64,000 nt of DNA. It comes from Acidimicrobiia bacterium. GTDB taxonomy: Bacteria > Actinomycetota > Acidimicrobiia > Spongiisociales > ZC4RG35. Where the stretch lies: assembly GCA_041747855.1 (NCBI GenBank), contig JBGTEJ010000050.1:30127-94126 (forward strand), in the 5' to 3' direction. The notes beneath the pieces were generated by a model. It ran no database searches. It saw only the letters and a program-made list of their open reading frames with translations, and was not told where the DNA came from. Position numbers and translations under genes: made by a program. Within the stretch, counting starts at the first letter, position 1, and the number at the start of each line of letters is the position of its first letter. Shown piece by piece: positions 61,189-64,000 of this stretch.

Positions 61189-63456
61189 TCACAGTCCACT
61201 GGCTGCGATCCGACGCGCTCTCCGTATCTCGGTCGCGAACACGACCCTCTCAGCCTGATTTCCGTCTGCAAGCAAGCCTCGGTTCTCGGCGAGTGCCAAT
61301 GCCGATTTGAAGAGGACCTGGCTGGCGCTCTCCCCGGATATGAGACGTTCCTCAATCCGGTACATACGTGCCCTGGCAAGGGAGGACTTGAGAAAGCTCT
61401 TCTCCGAATAGCTGTCGTCCATGACCTCCAGTTCGTCGCCCACCACTTGATAGGCGTCCAGAAACGGGAGCAGTGCCCACCACGCGATTGGTGGGCCGAA
61501 TCCGGACAGGACCTCCCCAGGACCTGAGGCGGAGACCAGGTCGCGCCAATCGGGAACGTCTATCGCGATGTCTGCATCGAGTTCGGCGAGGAACTGGTCC
61601 CTCTCGGCGAAGAAGAACTCGAACTTGAGGAGGTCGCGAATTGCCAGCATCGACTCTTCGATCGGCTCCGGACTCCGGCTTTCTGCCTCGTGACCCTCCG
61701 TAAGTGCCATTTCGGCGATCGCCCTTGGGACGAAGTAATGGACGACCACGTTTCGGTAGTACGACGCCTGGATCATCTGATCGTCGTTCAGCCAGTAGAC
61801 AGTTCGCCCTATGGCTTCGTGGCTGGACACGGCGCTGTTCTCTTTGAGCCAAGCAAGGGCCGCTGAGACGACCGCGGGATTGGCCAGGTCGGAGTCCTCG
61901 GTCATCTCCAAGTCTCTGGCTCGAATGAACCGCATCAGCCGGGAGCATGTCCCTGCCAGGTCGTCGGCTGTTTGCGCCTTGCCTCGAGCGGCAAGGAGAG
62001 CGATGCTCACGACGGCCAGGGGTGTGATGGCGGTGACCTTGCCGATCCGATGCATCGCCTCGAAAGCCAGTTTGCGAAGTCCGATCGACTCTTCGTGGCT
62101 CTCGCCGTCCTCCGTCATCACTTTGGCGATCGACAGAGGTTCGCCAAAACGGACATGGATGTTCCCGTAGCGGCGGCGGAGTGACCGGATCGCCCGAAGC
62201 AGCCAACCCAGGGACTCCTTCTCCTTGCCCTTTCCTTGGGCTTCCCGGGTGTAGTCGGGGACATCCTGAATCTGGTCGTAGACGATCGACACCGGTACCA
62301 CCATGATGTCCTCGGCTTTGCCTCGCTGCAGGGCGTCGACCACGTAGTGGAGGAGGCCATAGCGAGGCGCACCCAGTTTCCCCGATCTCGATCGTCCCCC
62401 TTCGAGATACCACTCCATCGGGAACCGCTTCTCGATCAGGAAGTCGATGTAGGTCCTGAGGACGATCTTGTACAACTCGTTGTCCTTGAAGGTCCTGCGG
62501 ATGAAGAAGACACCTGATCGGCGGAGAAGGGGGCCGATGGGGAAGAAGTTCATGTTTATCCCTCCGGCGGTGTGGTTGGGGGGAAGGTCGTTCTCCCAGA
62601 GCAAGAACTGGATGCTCAGTCGGTCGAGATTCGAGCGGTGTGCGGGGAGAAAGACCACCGGGTGGGATTGACCCAGAGTGGCGATGGTCTCGACTTGCTC
62701 GGGGAGGTACTCGATCCTTCCGTAGCCTTGCCGGTACAGGTAGTGGATCCCGTTGGCCAGCATGTCGATCACATAGGGGCTGTGTGTCGCCGCGATCTCG
62801 CGGAGGTATCGACTGGCCCGGTTGAGGGCTCGCTCCGGGTCCTCTCCGGATCCCGCCGCGAACTCGTTGACGATCTCGATGAAGCTGCGACGGGAGAGGA
62901 TGGTCTGGTCGACGAAGCGTGGGACCTTGTATCGGTTGCCCCTGAGTTGTCTCTCCCCGTAGTCCAGGCTGAGCCACGCCCTCCTGGTGACGAAGTTGGT
63001 GAGCCCGTCGACTTCGGCGCCCTTCTCATGATCGTTTACCAGGTCGGACGCTCCGGCCCCGGTTCCTGCCAGCAACACCACTCGCCCAGGATGGAAGACC
63101 CTGATCCACCTGGCTCGCAGGGGTAGGGGGTCTCTCGGATCCCCCGGTTTGAACACGTCGGACCAGCCTACAGACCGTCGACCGCGTCGCTCCGGGGCCA
63201 TCCAGACCACCCGGAGCGGAATCACCCAAGGGTCATCCCCCCGGGTGAGACGTTCTGTCAGAGTCTCTGACTCACCTCCTCGGCCCCGTCGGGAAGAGGC
63301 GATCCTGATCAGGTCCCCGGACATGCCGTTCTCGTCGCGGATCCACTTCTCGAGGATCCTCGGCTCCATGCTCCCCACGACATCGAGCAGGTAGACCACC
63401 GGCCTATCTCCGGGGCCGGCGAGATCGGACATGAGGGATGTGCCATACCGGGGCAT
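61189..63456 (-). CDS. plsB: Glycerol-3-phosphate acyltransferase, PlsB-like
   Basis: This 755-aa protein has the acyltransferase HX4D motif (PAHRSNLD), plus FFIRR and EGGRSRSGKL blocks as in PlsB. Confidence 0.8.
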   Translation of the reverse strand: MPRYGTSLMSDLAGPGDRPVVYLLDVVGSMEPRILEKWIRDENGMSGDLIRIASSRRGRGGESETLTERLTRGDDPWVIPLRVVWMAPERRGRRSVGWSDVFKPGDPRDPLPLRARWIRVFHPGRVVLLAGTGAGASDLVNDHEKGAEVDGLTNFVTRRAWLSLDYGERQLRGNRYKVPRFVDQTILSRRSFIEIVNEFAAGSGEDPERALNRASRYLREIAATHSPYVIDMLANGIHYLYRQGYGRIEYLPEQVETIATLGQSHPVVFLPAHRSNLDRLSIQFLLWENDLPPNHTAGGINMNFFPIGPLLRRSGVFFIRRTFKDNELYKIVLRTYIDFLIEKRFPMEWYLEGGRSRSGKLGAPRYGLLHYVVDALQRGKAEDIMVVPVSIVYDQIQDVPDYTREAQGKGKEKESLGWLLRAIRSLRRRYGNIHVRFGEPLSIAKVMTEDGESHEESIGLRKLAFEAMHRIGKVTAITPLAVVSIALLAARGKAQTADDLAGTCSRLMRFIRARDLEMTEDSDLANPAVVSAALAWLKENSAVSSHEAIGRTVYWLNDDQMIQASYYRNVVVHYFVPRAIAEMALTEGHEAESRSPEPIEESMLAIRDLLKFEFFFAERDQFLAELDADIAIDVPDWRDLVSASGPGEVLSGFGPPIAWWALLPFLDAYQVVGDELEVMDDSYSEKSFLKSSLARARMYRIEERLISGESASQVLFKSALALAENRGLLADGNQAERVVFATEIRRARRIAASGL

Positions 63457-63490
63457 CGGAGCACTCTATAGCCCTGCCAGAATCCGGTCT

Positions 63491-63949
63491 GTGCGTGTCG
63501 TCATCCAAAGAGTGTCCCGGGCCAGTGTTGAAGTAGGAGGATCGGAGATCGCCAGAATCGCTCTGGGACTTCTGCTATTGGTCGGTGTCGAAGAGGATGA
63601 CGGTGCCGAGGACGTTCGGGTCGCCGCCGCCAAGATCTTCGGTTTGAGGTTGTTTCCCGACGCAGACGGGAAGATGAATCTGTCAGTGGACCAGGTTGGT
63701 GGGGAGGTCCTAGTGGTGAGCCAGTTCACCCTGCTCGGGGATGCCACCAGGGGACGCAGACCCTCTTTCACGAAGGCAGCCCCTCCCGAAGTAGCGGAAC
63801 CCGTTGTCGCCGAACTCATTCATCATCTGGAGGCCCTTGGGGTCCGGACCGCCTCAGGAGTGTTCGGGGCAAGTATGAAGGTCGAACTTGTCAATGATGG
63901 TCCGGTGACCCTTCTGCTCGATGTCAGGCAGGGGAAGGTTGTCGTCTGA
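63491..63949 (+). CDS. dtd: D-aminoacyl-tRNA deacylase
   Basis: It has the VRVVIQRV N-terminus (GTG 63491), SQFTL and NDGPVT motifs. The track ORF start at 63431 would overlap plsB. Confidence 0.9.
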   Translation: MRVVIQRVSRASVEVGGSEIARIALGLLLLVGVEEDDGAEDVRVAAAKIFGLRLFPDADGKMNLSVDQVGGEVLVVSQFTLLGDATRGRRPSFTKAAPPEVAEPVVAELIHHLEALGVRTASGVFGASMKVELVNDGPVTLLLDVRQGKVVV

Positions 63950-64000
63950 ATCTCACGTTGGCCTGATGCTTGGGGGCTATCAGGATTCCCAACCCGACAC

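Noticed and set aside
61352-62977. A 541-aa minus-strand ORF lies in an alternative frame of the plsB-like gene.
   Set aside because: It is on the same strand but out of frame with a gene carrying the HX4D acyltransferase motif. The product would be extremely Arg/Pro/Gly-rich. I saw no evidence for overprinting.
63962-63984. A hairpin CCTGAT-N11-ATCAGG lies just after the dtd stop and could be a terminator.
   Set aside because: It has only a 6-bp stem, an 11-nt loop and no following T-tract. That is too weak to annotate.
1-64000. I searched by eye for tRNA, rRNA, CRISPR repeats, IS elements, integrases, toxin-antitoxin pairs and phage genes.
   Set aside because: There are no T-loop-like GGTTCGAATCC motifs outside coding frames and no regularly spaced repeats. 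No transposase or integrase-like translations appear in the ORF track, and nearly all sequence is accounted for by the CDS listed. A computational scan (tRNAscan-SE, Infernal, ISEScan, PADLOC) would be needed to make this negative result firm.

Overview
This is a very gene-dense, high-GC chromosomal segment. Its gene content suggests the core genome of an Actinomycetota-type organism: a menaquinone men cluster, a homodimeric AceE-type E1, an L,D-transpeptidase, a PlsB-like GPAT and an Rv1277/Rv1278-like nuclease/ATPase pair. That taxonomic placement is inference only.

I call 56 CDS (one partial at the left edge), one glycine riboswitch upstream of gcvP, and one small intergenic tandem repeat. 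Many junctions are 1-8 nt start/stop overlaps, and several convergent gene pairs overlap at their 3' ends. I saw no rRNA, tRNA, CRISPR array, transposase, integrase or prophage-like block. I also saw no recognisable canonical defence island, so the window looks mostly like housekeeping and metabolic genome.

The items I consider most worth a second look are:
- an Mre11/Rad50-like pair (19931-23262) whose ATPase has a membrane hairpin at the coiled-coil apex instead of a zinc hook;
- a GT78-type mannosylglycerate synthase homologue (23311-24435), a family that is rare in bacteria;
- two tandem, translationally coupled, short dynamin/HSR1-like GTPases (4861-7534);
- a non-canonical cluster joining a glutamine-synthetase-like ligase and an acetoacetate-decarboxylase-like protein to homoprotocatechuate ring-cleavage genes (1-4785);
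- an LEA-like 11-mer repeat protein (13153-13566);
- a six-gene operon combining an AI-2E transporter and an orphan substrate-binding lipoprotein with branched-chain acyl-CoA enzymes (40877-48388);
- a manC/cytochrome c/menC/menD run joined by three consecutive TTGA junctions.

All functional calls come from reading motifs in the supplied translations and from remembered family features. No searches were run, and many start codons are uncertain, as is usual for high-GC DNA.
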